Assembly: GCA_029881795.1 (NCBI GenBank)
Contig: JAOULX010000016.1
Location: 2,434 to 66,433, forward strand
DNA length: 64,000 nt
Origin: Gammaproteobacteria bacterium
Lineage (GTDB): Bacteria; Pseudomonadota; Gammaproteobacteria; SZUA-229
Reading direction: 5' to 3'
In this document: positions 21,950-35,549 of the stretch, piece after piece
How positions within the stretch are numbered: position 1 is the stretch's first letter
How the letters are laid out: each line of letters starts with the position of its first letter
The notes under the pieces: generated by a model
What the model saw: only the letters and a program-made list of their open reading frames with translations
Told to the model about the DNA's origin: nothing
Databases searched by the model: none
Translations under genes and position numbers: made by a program

Positions 21950-22438
21950 TTGGCTGAGTCAAAATACACCGTTACGGAGAGTATCCTTTTGAAAGAATTA
22001 AATATATACGAAGTCATGAAGTTTTTACCGCATCGCTATCCGTTTTTACTGATAGATCGAGTGCTTGACTATAAAGAAGATGACTATCTACATGCGATTA
22101 AAAATGTTTCAATGAATGAGCCATTTTTTCAAGGACATTTCCCAGAATACCCGGTGATGCCGGGAGTATTGATTCTTGAAGCGCTGGCACAGGCCACCGG
22201 TATACTGGCTTTTCAGTCAATGGAACAGAAGCCGGGTGAAGATAATCTGTACCTGTTCGTCGGCATCGATAATGCTCGTTTTAAAAAGCAGGTTGTACCC
22301 GGTGATCAGTTGCATTTAAAAGTGAAACTGCTAAAAGAAAAGAGGGGAATCTGGAAGTTTGAGGCAGAAGCCTATGTTGATGATCAACTGGCGGCTTCAG
22401 CGACGTTAATGGGTGCAGCGAGAGATAAAAACCAGTGA
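21950..22438 (+). CDS. fabZ: 3-hydroxyacyl-ACP dehydratase
   Basis: [16 protein letters not shown]...[10 protein letters not shown] hotdog motif. Confidence 0.95.
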   Translation: MAESKYTVTESILLKELNIYEVMKFLPHRYPFLLIDRVLDYKEDDYLHAIKNVSMNEPFFQGHFPEYPVMPGVLILEALAQATGILAFQSMEQKPGEDNLYLFVGIDNARFKKQVVPGDQLHLKVKLLKEKRGIWKFEAEAYVDDQLAASATLMGAARDKNQ

Positions 22439-23205
22439 TACATGAAACCGCCATTATTGATCCGTCGGCAAAGATTGCTGACGATGTTGAGATTGGACCT
22501 TACAGTATTATCGGAGCAGATGTTGAAATCGGTCCGGGAAACTGGATCGGGCCACATGTTGTTATCAACGGTCCTACAAAAATAGGCAAAGATAACCGTA
22601 TTTATCAGTTTGCCTCACTCGGTGAAGCACCACAGGATTTAAAATATGCCGGTGAGCCGACTCGACTTGAAGTCGGTGACAGAAACACCATTCGTGAATA
22701 CGTTACCTTTAACCGCGGCACTCCAGACGGTGGCGGTCTGACGAAAATTGGCAATGATAATCTGTTTATGGCATACGCTCATGTGGCGCATGACTGTATG
22801 GTTGGCAGTAAAATTATTTTCGCCAATGCCGCATCGCTGGCCGGTCATGTGCATGTGGGTGATCAGGCAATTCTGGGCGGCTTTACATCGGTTCATCAGT
22901 TCACTCAGATCGGTGAGCACAGCTTCTCCGGGCTCGGTACCATCATTAACCGTGATGTACCGCCTTACGTGATCGTTGCCGGTAATCATGCGCAGGCCTA
23001 TGGCATTAATAAAAATGGCCTGAAACGACGCGGTTTTGAAGCAGATACGATACGTGCGCTGCATAAAACCTTTAAGCTGGTTGTTAAAGGTCGCAAAAAA
23101 CGCGAAGAAATTCAGCCTGAACTAGATCAGTTAACTGAAGGTTTTGATGAAGTGAAGTCTATGCTGGCGTTTATTGATGCCAGCAAACGTGGCATTGTCC
23201 GTTAG
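22435..23205 (+). CDS. lpxA: Acyl-ACP--UDP-N-acetylglucosamine O-acyltransferase
   Basis: GTG start overlapping the fabZ stop. Near-collinear match to E. coli LpxA ([31 protein letters not shown]...). Confidence 0.95.
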   Translation: MIHETAIIDPSAKIADDVEIGPYSIIGADVEIGPGNWIGPHVVINGPTKIGKDNRIYQFASLGEAPQDLKYAGEPTRLEVGDRNTIREYVTFNRGTPDGGGLTKIGNDNLFMAYAHVAHDCMVGSKIIFANAASLAGHVHVGDQAILGGFTSVHQFTQIGEHSFSGLGTIINRDVPPYVIVAGNHAQAYGINKNGLKRRGFEADTIRALHKTFKLVVKGRKKREEIQPELDQLTEGFDEVKSMLAFIDASKRGIVR

Positions 23206-23213
23206 AGAGTGCG

Positions 23214-23528
23214 CTAAAAATCTTCCAGCTTATAGACTTCATAAGCTGGTTCTTCATAAGGATGTGAGTTTTTTAGGGCTGTGATGGCGGGCTTTATTAA
23301 TGCTTCGGCACAAACCAGCTCGACTTTATACTCTTCTGTTATTTCAAGCTGACCTTGCTTGCCAATGAATGGTTGACTCTGCGCCAGTGCTCTGAACTGG
23401 CCCTGGCCAGCTGTTTGCCAGCAACACTGGTCATAGTTTCCAATTTTACCGGCGCCTGCAGAGAATAAGGCTGCTTTAACCGCGTCAGCATAATCTACAG
23501 GGACAAAAAAGCATATTTTGTACATCAA
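23214..23528 (-). CDS. Small PII-like/Nif3 C-terminal-domain-like protein (hypothetical)
   Basis: 104 aa, convergent with lpxA at an 8-bp spacing. The C-terminal HPYEEPAYEVY motif resembles the Nif3/CutA-type PII-like fold. Confidence 0.5.
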   Translation of the reverse strand: MMYKICFFVPVDYADAVKAALFSAGAGKIGNYDQCCWQTAGQGQFRALAQSQPFIGKQGQLEITEEYKVELVCAEALIKPAITALKNSHPYEEPAYEVYKLEDF

Positions 23529-23632
23529 AATGGCTCCGTTATTAAGCTGAAAAACCCTGTTACTGGCCGGTTTTGTATTACTTACTGGTGATGCATAATT
23601 CAGGGCTTATAATTTAAACCCCGGGAGAAATA

Positions 23633-23899
23633 ATGAGTGGTATTCAATTATCAGATGCATTAATCGACGACCTTAAAAAAGCCATACAACTGCATGATAA
23701 TACAGCGGCAGACGATATGGTAGCGGTACAGTATATGGCCGCATCGGTTGGTTATTTTATTTCAACGCTGGCTGATCAGCGTTTTGATAAGAAAGAAGTT
23801 CTGGCTCAGCTAGCTGATTTTAGTTTTCAGGTCTATGAGCAAATGGAGCAGGATAAAAAGCCTAAAGAAGAAGCATTTGGTGTCTGGAAGCCTGCTTAA
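23633..23899 (+). CDS. Small hypothetical protein (88 aa)
   Basis: ORF preceded by GGGAGA about 7 nt upstream. No recognisable motif. Confidence 0.45.
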   Translation: MSGIQLSDALIDDLKKAIQLHDNTAADDMVAVQYMAASVGYFISTLADQRFDKKEVLAQLADFSFQVYEQMEQDKKPKEEAFGVWKPA

Positions 23900-23933
23900 T
23901 AACTGACTATTTGTTGTAAAAGATAATATCGAG

Positions 23934-24608
23934 ATGGATAAAAATTTCTGGCTTGAGCGCTGGCAAAATAAACAAATTGGCTTTCACCAGCTGCAGGTAA
24001 ACCCGTTGCTTATACGCCACTGGCCAGACATCGGCAAGTCTGGTCTGAAGCGGGTATTTGTGCCGCTTTGTGGCAAATCGGCAGATCTGCTCTGGCTGAT
24101 GTATCAAGGTTACGAGGTTGTTGCCATTGAACTGAGCCAGCTGGCGGTTGAAGAGTTTTTTAGTGAGCAGGAACTGGACTATACAATCATTACTGAGGGA
24201 CCGCTTAGGCGCTATCAAGGGAAAAATATCACGATCTTTCAGGGTGATTTTTTTGAACTGACAGCGGCTGCTTTAGGCTCGTTGTCTGCCGTGTTTGATC
24301 GCGCCGCGCTGATAGCATTGCCAGAGCAGATGCGTGATGCTTATTGCCGTCATCTGAGCATGCTGGGCGCCGATGCAGAAATGCTGTTGATTAGTATGGA
24401 GTACGATCAGCAACTGATGCAGGGGCCTCCTTTTGCGGTAGCAGAAAATGAACTACAAAGACATTTTTCATCTTCTCATCAGCTGCAGTTACTGGAAACA
24501 GCCGATGTGTTAGAGCTGTCGCCAAAGTTTAGACAGCAGGGGCTGCAAAGCCTTGTTGAAAAAGTCTATAAATTATCTCCGTTAAGGAATGCAGGAAAAA
24601 ATGACTGA
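23934..24608 (+). CDS. tpm: Thiopurine S-methyltransferase family protein
   Basis: ERWQNKQIGFHQ, VFVPLCGKSADLLWL, GPPF and VEKVYKL match the bacterial Tpm/TPMT signature. Confidence 0.85.
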   Translation: MDKNFWLERWQNKQIGFHQLQVNPLLIRHWPDIGKSGLKRVFVPLCGKSADLLWLMYQGYEVVAIELSQLAVEEFFSEQELDYTIITEGPLRRYQGKNITIFQGDFFELTAAALGSLSAVFDRAALIALPEQMRDAYCRHLSMLGADAEMLLISMEYDQQLMQGPPFAVAENELQRHFSSSHQLQLLETADVLELSPKFRQQGLQSLVEKVYKLSPLRNAGKND

Positions 24609-27534
24609 TAAAATGAATTTACAAGCGGCATTTAAAAGCCTCGGTACGCAAACTATCGAATCGCTTAATCTGACTGTTGAACACTATGAGCATATTAAAA
24701 CAGGCGCCATGCATTATCATTTAAATACGGATAATGATGAAAACGTTTTCCTAGTTGCACTGCGAACTGTACCGATGGACTCGCGAGGCGTTGCCCATAT
24801 TCTGGAACACACAGCCTTATGTGGCAGTGAGAATTATCCGGTGCGTGACCCGTTTTTTATGATGATACGGCGCTCATTAAATACTTTCATGAATGCATTT
24901 ACTAGCAGCGACTGGACTGCCTATCCGTTTGCCAGTAAAAATAAAAAAGATTTTAATAATTTATTAGATGTTTATCTCGACGCGGTGTTCTTCTCGAGAT
25001 TGCATGAGCTGGATTTTCTACAGGAAGGTCACCGGGTTGAATTTGAAACTCCCGATGATGCGGGTACTGATCTGGTGTTTAAAGGGGTGGTCTATAATGA
25101 AATGAAAGGCGCAATGAGTTCGCCGGTCAGTCAGTTGTGGCAACTCTTTACTCATTATTTGTTCCCGACCACCACATACCACTATAACAGTGGTGGTGAG
25201 CCTGAGCATATACCGGATTTAAGTTACGATGATCTGAAGAACTTTTATCAGAAACATTATCACCCGTCGAATGCAGTTTTTATGACTTACGGTAATATTC
25301 CGGCCGCCGAGCATCAGGCTGTATTTGAAAAAAATGCGCTTTCACAATTTGATAAATCCGATGAGGTCATCAAAGTCGATGATGAGAAAAGATATTTTTC
25401 ACCGCTTATTATTGAAGATTCTTATGCGCTTGATGAAGCTGAAATTAATGACAGTCAGCAAGGTAAAACTCATCATGTGATGGGCTGGCTATTAGGTAAA
25501 AGTACTGATCTCTATGAAATGTTAAGTGCCCATTTGTTATCTGGCGTGCTGCTGGATAACAGTTCCTCGCCTTTGATGCACGCACTTGAAACTTGCGATA
25601 TCGCCAGTGCGCCTTCGGCATTATGCGGACTTGAAGATTCTAATCGGGAAATGGCGTTTATGTGCGGGCTTGAAGGCAGTCAGCCCGAACACGCTCAGGC
25701 ATTTCAGGAGATCGTATTAAATGTGCTTACCGATGTGGCAGACAACGGGGTAGATCAGGACAGTGTTGAAGCGGTTTTACATCAGCTGGAATTAAGCCAG
25801 CGTGAAATCGGTGGTGACGGTTATCCTTATGGACTGCAGCTGATACTGGCCGGGCTTTCCGCGGCAATGCACCGTGGCAACCCGATCGATGTTCTGAATC
25901 TTGATCCGGTACTCGAGCAGTTGCGCGAGGATATAAAAAATACTGACTTTATTCCCGCTCTCATCAGAAAACATTTGCTTGATAATCCGCACAGAATACG
26001 CCTTACGCTGAAGCCTGATTCAAAGCTGGATTCATATCGTGAGCAGGCAGAAAAACAGCGCCTGGCAACGATTAAAGCAGGACTGACAAAGCAACAAGCT
26101 GAAAAAATTATTTCGACCGCAGAAGATCTGGCAGCCAGACAACAGCTTGAAGACGACCCTGAAGTGCTGCCCAAAGTCGGGCTTGATGATGTCCCTGCGA
26201 GGATGTCGATTGCTCAAGGCGAAGCGATTAATGGCGCTAACTTACCGCTGAGCTTTTTTCCGCAAGCCACCAATGGCATTGCTTATCAACAACTGGTGGT
26301 TGCATTACCTGAATTGAGTCAGGAGCTGATTAATGTATTGCCTTATTACTGTTCTGTGCTGACCGAGCTGGGTGCTGACGGTAAAGATTATATGCAGACA
26401 CAGTCCTGGCAGGCATCGGTATCCGGTGGTTTATCGGCTTATTATAATTGCCGTGGGCAAACAGATAATGAGCAGCAGGTAAGTGCTTATTTTGTGTTAT
26501 CTGGTAAAGCGCTGGTTAATAAACACGATGAGCTTACACGCTTAATGAACAAAACCATTGAAACGGTTTCGTTTGATGAGAAAAACAGAATCCGTGAATT
26601 AATGGCGCAAAAGCGTTCGCGTATGGAACAGAGTGTCACCGGCAGTGGTCACAGTCTGGCAATGACAGCCGCCAGCAGCCTGATGAGTCCGGTGGCAAAT
26701 TTATCAAACAGCCTGAAGGGACTGCAGGGTATCGTTAATATTAAAAAGCTGGATGCTACGCTGGATACGGATGATGGTCTCGATGGCTTTATAGAGTGCC
26801 TGAGGTCTTTGCACGAGATTGTTTTAAATGCCCCTCGGCAGTTGTTAATCGTCGCCGATAATGAGGCTAAAGATCAGCTGATCAGTCAGGCCGACAGTAT
26901 CTGGCAGCCAAATAAAACAAATGACTTCAGAGAATTTTCGCTGCCTGAAATTCGTCAGCACGTACAACAGCTATGGGTGACCAGCACGCAGGTAAATTTT
27001 TGTGCCAAAGCCTATCAAACCGTGCCGGTTGATCATGCCGATGCAGCCGCATTAACCGTGCTTGGCGGTTTTATCAGAAATGGATTTTTACACACACAGA
27101 TCAGGGAGAATGGTGGTGCTTACGGTGGAGGAGCCAGTCAGGATTCATCGATCGCGGCCTTTCGCTTTTATTCTTACCGGGATCCGCGTTTGGCTGAAAC
27201 GCTGGCCGACTTTGACAAGTCTATTGACTGGATGCTGGAAACAGAACACGACCCGCGTTTACTCGAAGAGGCAATTCTCGGTGTCATTGGTTCGATCGAT
27301 AAGCCCGGCTCACCAGCAGGCGAAGCCAAGCATGCCTTTCATAATGCTTTATTTGGTAGAACCCCAGAGCAACAACAGGCTTATCGGCAACGTGTTCTTA
27401 AGGTCACACTGGATGATTTAAAACGGGTGACCGAGCAGTATCTGAAATCAGCAACAGCTTCGGTTGCTGTTATCACCAGTGCGTCTACGCTGGAGCAGAC
27501 CGGTGATCTGGGTATGAGTGTGCATCACTTGTAA
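24601..27534 (+). CDS. M16C-family zinc metallopeptidase (presequence protease/PreP-like insulinase)
   Basis: About 977 aa. Inverted zinc motif HILEH...E in the N-terminal domain. Four-domain clamshell length. The start is at an internal ATG after AGGA and overlaps the tpm stop. Confidence 0.8.
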   Translation: MTDKMNLQAAFKSLGTQTIESLNLTVEHYEHIKTGAMHYHLNTDNDENVFLVALRTVPMDSRGVAHILEHTALCGSENYPVRDPFFMMIRRSLNTFMNAFTSSDWTAYPFASKNKKDFNNLLDVYLDAVFFSRLHELDFLQEGHRVEFETPDDAGTDLVFKGVVYNEMKGAMSSPVSQLWQLFTHYLFPTTTYHYNSGGEPEHIPDLSYDDLKNFYQKHYHPSNAVFMTYGNIPAAEHQAVFEKNALSQFDKSDEVIKVDDEKRYFSPLIIEDSYALDEAEINDSQQGKTHHVMGWLLGKSTDLYEMLSAHLLSGVLLDNSSSPLMHALETCDIASAPSALCGLEDSNREMAFMCGLEGSQPEHAQAFQEIVLNVLTDVADNGVDQDSVEAVLHQLELSQREIGGDGYPYGLQLILAGLSAAMHRGNPIDVLNLDPVLEQLREDIKNTDFIPALIRKHLLDNPHRIRLTLKPDSKLDSYREQAEKQRLATIKAGLTKQQAEKIISTAEDLAARQQLEDDPEVLPKVGLDDVPARMSIAQGEAINGANLPLSFFPQATNGIAYQQLVVALPELSQELINVLPYYCSVLTELGADGKDYMQTQSWQASVSGGLSAYYNCRGQTDNEQQVSAYFVLSGKALVNKHDELTRLMNKTIETVSFDEKNRIRELMAQKRSRMEQSVTGSGHSLAMTAASSLMSPVANLSNSLKGLQGIVNIKKLDATLDTDDGLDGFIECLRSLHEIVLNAPRQLLIVADNEAKDQLISQADSIWQPNKTNDFREFSLPEIRQHVQQLWVTSTQVNFCAKAYQTVPVDHADAAALTVLGGFIRNGFLHTQIRENGGAYGGGASQDSSIAAFRFYSYRDPRLAETLADFDKSIDWMLETEHDPRLLEEAILGVIGSIDKPGSPAGEAKHAFHNALFGRTPEQQQAYRQRVLKVTLDDLKRVTEQYLKSATASVAVITSASTLEQTGDLGMSVHHL

Positions 27535-27639
27535 GTCGATTGCAGGAAGCTCAAAAAAACTTTGGCAGGGCAGGGTTTCGAAATCGATAACCCTGTCTCT
27601 GATTTGATGTCACATCAGTCAGCGCAGGTGCGGCTGCGG

Positions 27640-28728
27640 TTAAAGCCGGTGCTGCTTTTGTAAATATTTAACCGATTTCATTTCCTTAAGTCTGGAAACC
27701 GTTCTTTCAAATTCAAACGACAGACTACTGCCCTGATACAGATTCTCCGGTAAGCTGGCAGCGCTGATGATGATGTTGACATTGCGGTCATAAAACTCAT
27801 CGAGCAGCTGAATAAAGCGTTTTGTTTTGTCTTCATTGTGCACGGTTAGTAACGGGATATCAGAAATAAACACCGTGTGGAACAGTTTTGCTAGTTCAAT
27901 ATAATCGGCAACAGCACGTGGGCTGTCGAATAGCTGGTCAAAGATAAACCAGACAATATCATCGGCCAGTTTGTAAGCGTTTAAAGAACGGTGATTAATC
28001 AGCAGCTGAGTATTTGTCTTAGGTGTGCAAGGGCAGAGCTGAATGAAATACTCTTCCAGTTTTTTTTGATTGTGTTTACTGAGCGGCGTGTAATAGAGTT
28101 CGGATTTCTGTATTGTGTTGAGGCGATGGTCCTCACCATCTTCAATTTTTATGACGTGACTGTATTGCTTGATTAAATCAATTGCCGGAATAAAGCGCTC
28201 TCGTTGTAAACCATCACGATATAATTCCTCGGGCTCTATATTGGATGTCATTATCAAGGTTACACCGTGCTGATAAAGTGCCTGTAATAATCCGTTCAGA
28301 ATCATCGCATCGGTGATATCAGAAACATGAAATTCATCAAGACAGAGCAGCTGGTATTGTCGCGCAAATTTCTTTGCGATTAACTTTAGCGGGTTTTTCT
28401 GTCCCTTGTATTGATCAAGTTGTTCATGTATTTCTTTGATGTAGCGATGAAAATGTAGCCGGTATTTGTTTTCAATCTCGAGGTTTTCATAAAACAGATC
28501 CATCAGCCAGGTTTTTCCGCGACCGACACCGCCCCATAGATAAACACCTTTGACGGCAGCAGGTCGCGAAAAAAATCGTATCAAGCGACTGCTGAACGAG
28601 TCTCTGGGGGGCTGCCGACTCATTTCGTGCTGTAACTGATCAAATAAACGGATGACGTCTTGTTGTCCCGTATCGGACTGAAAGTCTTTTTCAGCTAAAA
28701 TCTGCTGATAGCGCTCTATTAAGCTCAT
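27640..28728 (-). CDS. zapE: Cell division protein ZapE (AFG1-family ATPase)
   Basis: Walker A motif GGVGRGKT and Walker B motif LLCLDEF. 362 aa. Confidence 0.85.
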   Translation of the reverse strand: MSLIERYQQILAEKDFQSDTGQQDVIRLFDQLQHEMSRQPPRDSFSSRLIRFFSRPAAVKGVYLWGGVGRGKTWLMDLFYENLEIENKYRLHFHRYIKEIHEQLDQYKGQKNPLKLIAKKFARQYQLLCLDEFHVSDITDAMILNGLLQALYQHGVTLIMTSNIEPEELYRDGLQRERFIPAIDLIKQYSHVIKIEDGEDHRLNTIQKSELYYTPLSKHNQKKLEEYFIQLCPCTPKTNTQLLINHRSLNAYKLADDIVWFIFDQLFDSPRAVADYIELAKLFHTVFISDIPLLTVHNEDKTKRFIQLLDEFYDRNVNIIISAASLPENLYQGSSLSFEFERTVSRLKEMKSVKYLQKQHRL

Positions 28729-28997
28729 CTTTGTTATTTAATCCACTTCATCATGTCGTTGTTGCGATTTTGCCAATACAAGATTTAATAGCAAGGAGCA
28801 TAGGATTATAGTCTTAATTTAATTTTATCGGCCACATTATAAAATTTTGACAGAATTTAATGGATTAATAGTGGCTTTTAAATCAAACAGATATGATCAG
28901 ATCTGTAGATACTGATTGAGGCATAAATGAGATTTTGATATGATGGCGTCTTTCTGCGGCAACTCTGCCGCCCTAGTCTGAGAAATAGCATTCTTAA

Positions 28998-30643
<1,646 letters not shown>

Positions 30644-30644
<1 letters not shown>

Positions 30645-31477
30645 TGGATTTATGTGGTTTCAAAGTAGGCCTCGATCAGCCTTTCTTTCTGATTGCCGGA
30701 CCGTGCGTGATTGAAAGTGAAAAGATGGCAATGGAAACCTCAGCTGAGCTGAAACGGATTGCTGAAAAACTGGGTATCCCGTTTATTTATAAATCCTCTT
30801 TTGATAAAGCCAACCGCTCATCAATGGACAGCTTTCGTGGCCTGGGTATTGAGGAAGGCCTGCGTATTTTGCAGAAAGTTAAAGACGAAATTGGTGTACC
30901 GGTGTTAACCGACGTGCATGAAGACACGCCGATGGATCAAGTGGCAGAGGTGGTTGATGTGCTGCAAACACCGGCGTTTCTGTGCCGGCAAACCAACTTT
31001 ATTTTAAAGGTAGCGGCCACCGGTAAGCCGGTAAATATAAAAAAGGGTCAGTTTTTAGCTCCCTGGGATATGAAAAACGTGGTTGATAAAGCCTTAACCA
31101 CCGGTAATAAAAATATCATGGTTTGTGACCGTGGCGTATCGTTTGGCTACAACAATCTGGTATCAGATATGCGTTCGATGGCGGTGATGCGTGATACCGG
31201 TTGCCCGGTTGTTTTTGATGCGACTCACTCGGTGCAGCTACCGGGCGGTCAGGGCAGTGTTTCCGGTGGTCAGCGCGAGCATGTGCCGGTTCTGGCGCGT
31301 GCTGCTGTTGCGGCAGGTTTGTCAGGTGTATTTATGGAATCGCATCCCGATCCGGCGAAGGCCTTGAGCGATGGCCCTAATGCCTGGCCTCTGGATAAAA
31401 TGGAGTCTTTATTGTCGATGATGAAACGGATCGATGAAGTGGTCAAGTCACAACCATTTGAAGAACAATTATTGTAA
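30644..31477 (+). CDS. kdsA: 2-dehydro-3-deoxyphosphooctonate aldolase (KDO8P synthase)
   Basis: ATGA overlap with pyr[12 protein letters not shown] motif. Collinear with E. coli KdsA. Confidence 0.95.
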
Positions 31478-31480
31478 AAA

Positions 31481-31523
31481 TATGTCACAGGGGTGACATA
31501 TATGAACTGTATATTCGTACAGT
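31481..31523 (+). promoter_or_regulatory. Two tandem perfect hairpins between kdsA and eno
   Basis: TATGTCAC-aggg-GTGACATA (8-bp stem) followed immediately by AACTGTA-tattcg-TACAGTT (7-bp stem). No strong U-tract. Possibly a partial terminator or processing site, or a protein-binding palindrome. Confidence 0.35.
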
Positions 31524-31532
31524 TTAAGTTAA

Positions 31533-32846
<1,314 letters not shown>

Positions 32847-32864
32847 CAGGCTTTTAACAGTCTA

Positions 32865-33203
32865 GTGAAAATCATCATTACCTTACTCATTGTTTTATTG
32901 CTGTATTTACAGTTTAAGCTATGGGTAGGTGATGGTGGTATACCGGAAGTGATGCATCTGCAGTCTGAGGTAGATGCAACGATTGCGGAAAAGAAAAAGC
33001 TTGAGGAAAGAAACCGTGCGCTCAGTGCCGAAGTGCATGATCTAAAGCAGGGACTCGAAGCCATCGAAGAACGTGCCCGTAACGAACTGGGTATGATCAA
33101 AAGAAATGAAACCTTTTATCAGATTATCAAACCCGCAGAAACAAAGTCGCCTCCGGTAACCGCTCCTTCGGAACAGAGTAATAAGCGTGAGCCAACTCAA
33201 TAA
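32865..33203 (+). CDS. ftsB: Cell division protein FtsB
   Basis: 112 aa. N-terminal TM followed by a coiled coil. Conserved eno-ftsB-ispD context. Confidence 0.85.
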   Translation: MKIIITLLIVLLLYLQFKLWVGDGGIPEVMHLQSEVDATIAEKKKLEERNRALSAEVHDLKQGLEAIEERARNELGMIKRNETFYQIIKPAETKSPPVTAPSEQSNKREPTQ

Positions 33204-33930
33204 CTCAAAATCTGCAAATTACTGGGCTGTTGTGCCGGCTGCCGGTGTCGGTAAACGGATGGCCAGTGATATCCCCAAACAATACCTGAAACTGCATGAT
33301 AAGACGGTTATTGAGCACAGCTGCCAACGCTTGCTCGGGCATGCTCAAATCAGCGGGATTATAGTGGCTTTGGGTGAAAAGGATGAATACTGGCCAGCTC
33401 TTGAGTTAGCCAGTGATAAACCAGTGATTACAGTAACCGGTGGTCAGGAACGCTGCCATTCTGTACTCAATGCGCTGCAAAAACTGGTGCAAATGAGTCA
33501 GCAAAACGAGCACGCCGTTGCCTTATCCGACTGGGTACTGGTACATGATGCAGCCAGGCCCTGTCTGCGTCACAGTGATATCGATTTGCTGGTTGGTCAG
33601 CTCGATCAAAATGCGGTCGGCGGTTTGCTGGCGTTGCCGGTAAGGGACACAATGAAACGCCAGAACACACAGCAATGCGTTGCTGATACGGTCGAGCGTG
33701 AGGGTTTATGGCATGCCTTAACGCCGCAGATGTTCCGGCTAGGGCAACTAAAACAGGCTATTGAAGAGGCCATTGAAACTGGCTTTTTAATGACCGATGA
33801 ATCTTCTGCTATCGAACATGCCGGCTTGCAGCCTTTATTGATAGAAGGCCGTGAAGATAATATTAAAATAACCCGGCCGGCTGATTTAAAGCTGGCAGAG
33901 ATGTATCTTAAGGCTCAGCAAGATGAATAA
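33187..33930 (+). CDS. ispD: 2-C-methyl-D-erythritol 4-phosphate cytidylyltransferase
   Basis: [11 protein letters not shown] motif. Overlaps ftsB. Confidence 0.92.
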   Translation: MSQLNNSKSANYWAVVPAAGVGKRMASDIPKQYLKLHDKTVIEHSCQRLLGHAQISGIIVALGEKDEYWPALELASDKPVITVTGGQERCHSVLNALQKLVQMSQQNEHAVALSDWVLVHDAARPCLRHSDIDLLVGQLDQNAVGGLLALPVRDTMKRQNTQQCVADTVEREGLWHALTPQMFRLGQLKQAIEEAIETGFLMTDESSAIEHAGLQPLLIEGREDNIKITRPADLKLAEMYLKAQQDE

Positions 33931-34423
33931 ATCAGCGCTTTTTCGTATCGGTCATGGTTTTGATGTGCATGCCTTTGAACCGGGTGATCATATTATTATG
34001 GCTGGTGTGCGGATTCCTTATCAGCAGCAGTTTAAGGCTCATTCAGATGGTGATGTAGTGCTCCATGCAGTGTGTGATGCGCTGCTAGGGGCAGCCGCAC
34101 TGGGTGATATCGGTCAGCATTTTCCAGATACCGATCCGCAATATCACAATATTGATAGCCGCCAGTTATTACGTCATGTGATCGCGTTGTTAGCGCAGCA
34201 GGGCTTTGTGCTGGGTAACCTTGATGTTAGCATTGTGGCTCAGGCGCCTAAAATGTCTGCGCATATTATGCCGATGAGAAAAAACCTAGCTGAGGATTTC
34301 TCAGTAGCTACTGAGCAGATTAACGTTAAAGCCACAACCACTGAGAAATTAGGGTATACCGGCAGAGAAGAAGGTATTTCTGTGCATGCAGTCGTGCTGA
34401 TTCAGCAAAGTGAATCTGACTGA
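33923..34423 (+). CDS. ispF: 2-C-methyl-D-erythritol 2,4-cyclodiphosphate synthase
   Basis: [12 protein letters not shown]...HSDGDV motif. Overlaps ispD. Confidence 0.95.
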   Translation: MNKSALFRIGHGFDVHAFEPGDHIIMAGVRIPYQQQFKAHSDGDVVLHAVCDALLGAAALGDIGQHFPDTDPQYHNIDSRQLLRHVIALLAQQGFVLGNLDVSIVAQAPKMSAHIMPMRKNLAEDFSVATEQINVKATTTEKLGYTGREEGISVHAVVLIQQSESD

Positions 34424-34451
34424 AATCAGTTCAGCGGGATTCAACGCTAAT

Positions 34452-35036
34452 ATGATTTTCTATATTCATGGCTTTAATAGCTCGGCCAAATCGTCAAAGG
34501 CGCAGCAGTTATTGCGCTGGATGGGCACACAAGGCCTGGAAGATCAGATTATAATCCCTTCTTTATCGTCGGTGCCTGCAGTGGCAATCGCAGAATTAGA
34601 ACGTCTGGTTGCATTGCAGACGGATCATCAGCTGGCCTTCATAGGCAGTTCACTAGGTGGCTATTATGCGACCTGGCTGGCACAACGCTATCAGTCTCCT
34701 GCGGTATTAATAAACCCAGCGGTAAAACCGTATCAGTTACTGGTGGATTATCTGGGGCCAAATGTAAATTACTATAGCGGTGAGGAGTATCAGCTTAACG
34801 CCGAACATATTGAGCAGCTAAAGGCACTTGAGGTCGGCACGCTCGATCACCCCGAACAGTTTCTAGTGTTACTGCAAACAGCTGATGAGGTACTCGATTA
34901 TACTCAGGCATCTGAAAAGTATGCGGCGTCGCAGCTAATCATTGAAACAGGCGGAGATCATAGCTTTAGCGGCTTTGAAAGGCATTTTGACCGGATACTG
35001 CATTTTTGTGGTATAAAGCCTGCGCCAAAATTTTGA
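34452..35036 (+). CDS. yqiA: YqiA-like alpha/beta-hydrolase esterase (UPF0227)
   Basis: MIFYIHGFNSS aligns with the E. coli YqiA start MSTLLYLHGFNSS. GSSLGG nucleophile elbow. The ORF track extends to a GTG at 34410. Confidence 0.7.
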   Translation: MIFYIHGFNSSAKSSKAQQLLRWMGTQGLEDQIIIPSLSSVPAVAIAELERLVALQTDHQLAFIGSSLGGYYATWLAQRYQSPAVLINPAVKPYQLLVDYLGPNVNYYSGEEYQLNAEHIEQLKALEVGTLDHPEQFLVLLQTADEVLDYTQASEKYAASQLIIETGGDHSFSGFERHFDRILHFCGIKPAPKF

Positions 35037-35144
35037 TATTGAACTGATCATTAAGACTGTTATTATGATACTGGCAGGGCCTGTGCTGCCAGATGGCCGG
35101 TACTAGCCCTGATAACAATTTATAGAATAAAAAAGGTAGTCCGG

Positions 35145-35534
35145 ATGCCGATAAAAAAAACATCAATTAATAAAGAAAAACTCGATCAGGTAGTTGCCGA
35201 GGCGCTTAAAAACAGAACAAGCCGGGAGCAGGACTATCGGGCAAAAGCCTTAAAAATGTACCCATGGATTTGTGGTCGCTGTGAGCGTGAATTTAACCGT
35301 CAGAATCTGGTTGAGTTAACCGTGCATCATCGTAACCATGACCATGATGATAACCCGGAAGATGGAAGTAACTGGGAATTATTATGCACTTACTGTCATG
35401 AAAACGAGCATTCACGTTTTGCAGATCTGGTCAGAGGTGATGGTTATACACTGCATAGTGATAGCAAGCCAGAAGTGGCGACCGGTAATCCGTTTGCCGA
35501 TTTAAAAGCCATGATGAATAATAAAAAAGATTAA
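35145..35534 (+). CDS. yajD: HNH-endonuclease-family protein YajD
   Basis: KALKMYPWICGRCEREF...ELTVHHRNHDHDDNPEDGSNWELLCTYCHENEHS...NPFADLKAMMN is near-identical in pattern to E. coli YajD. Confidence 0.85.
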   Translation: MPIKKTSINKEKLDQVVAEALKNRTSREQDYRAKALKMYPWICGRCEREFNRQNLVELTVHHRNHDHDDNPEDGSNWELLCTYCHENEHSRFADLVRGDGYTLHSDSKPEVATGNPFADLKAMMNNKKD

Positions 35535-35549
35535 GGTAACAGGTATTTT

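Noticed and set aside
22639-23064. 141-aa minus-strand ORF
   Set aside because: Antisense to lpxA. Same reason as the lpxD shadow ORF.
27535-27639. Possible terminator hairpins between convergent PreP-like and zapE genes
   Set aside because: Only short imperfect stems (5-7 bp) are visible, with no convincing stem plus U-tract, so no feature was called.
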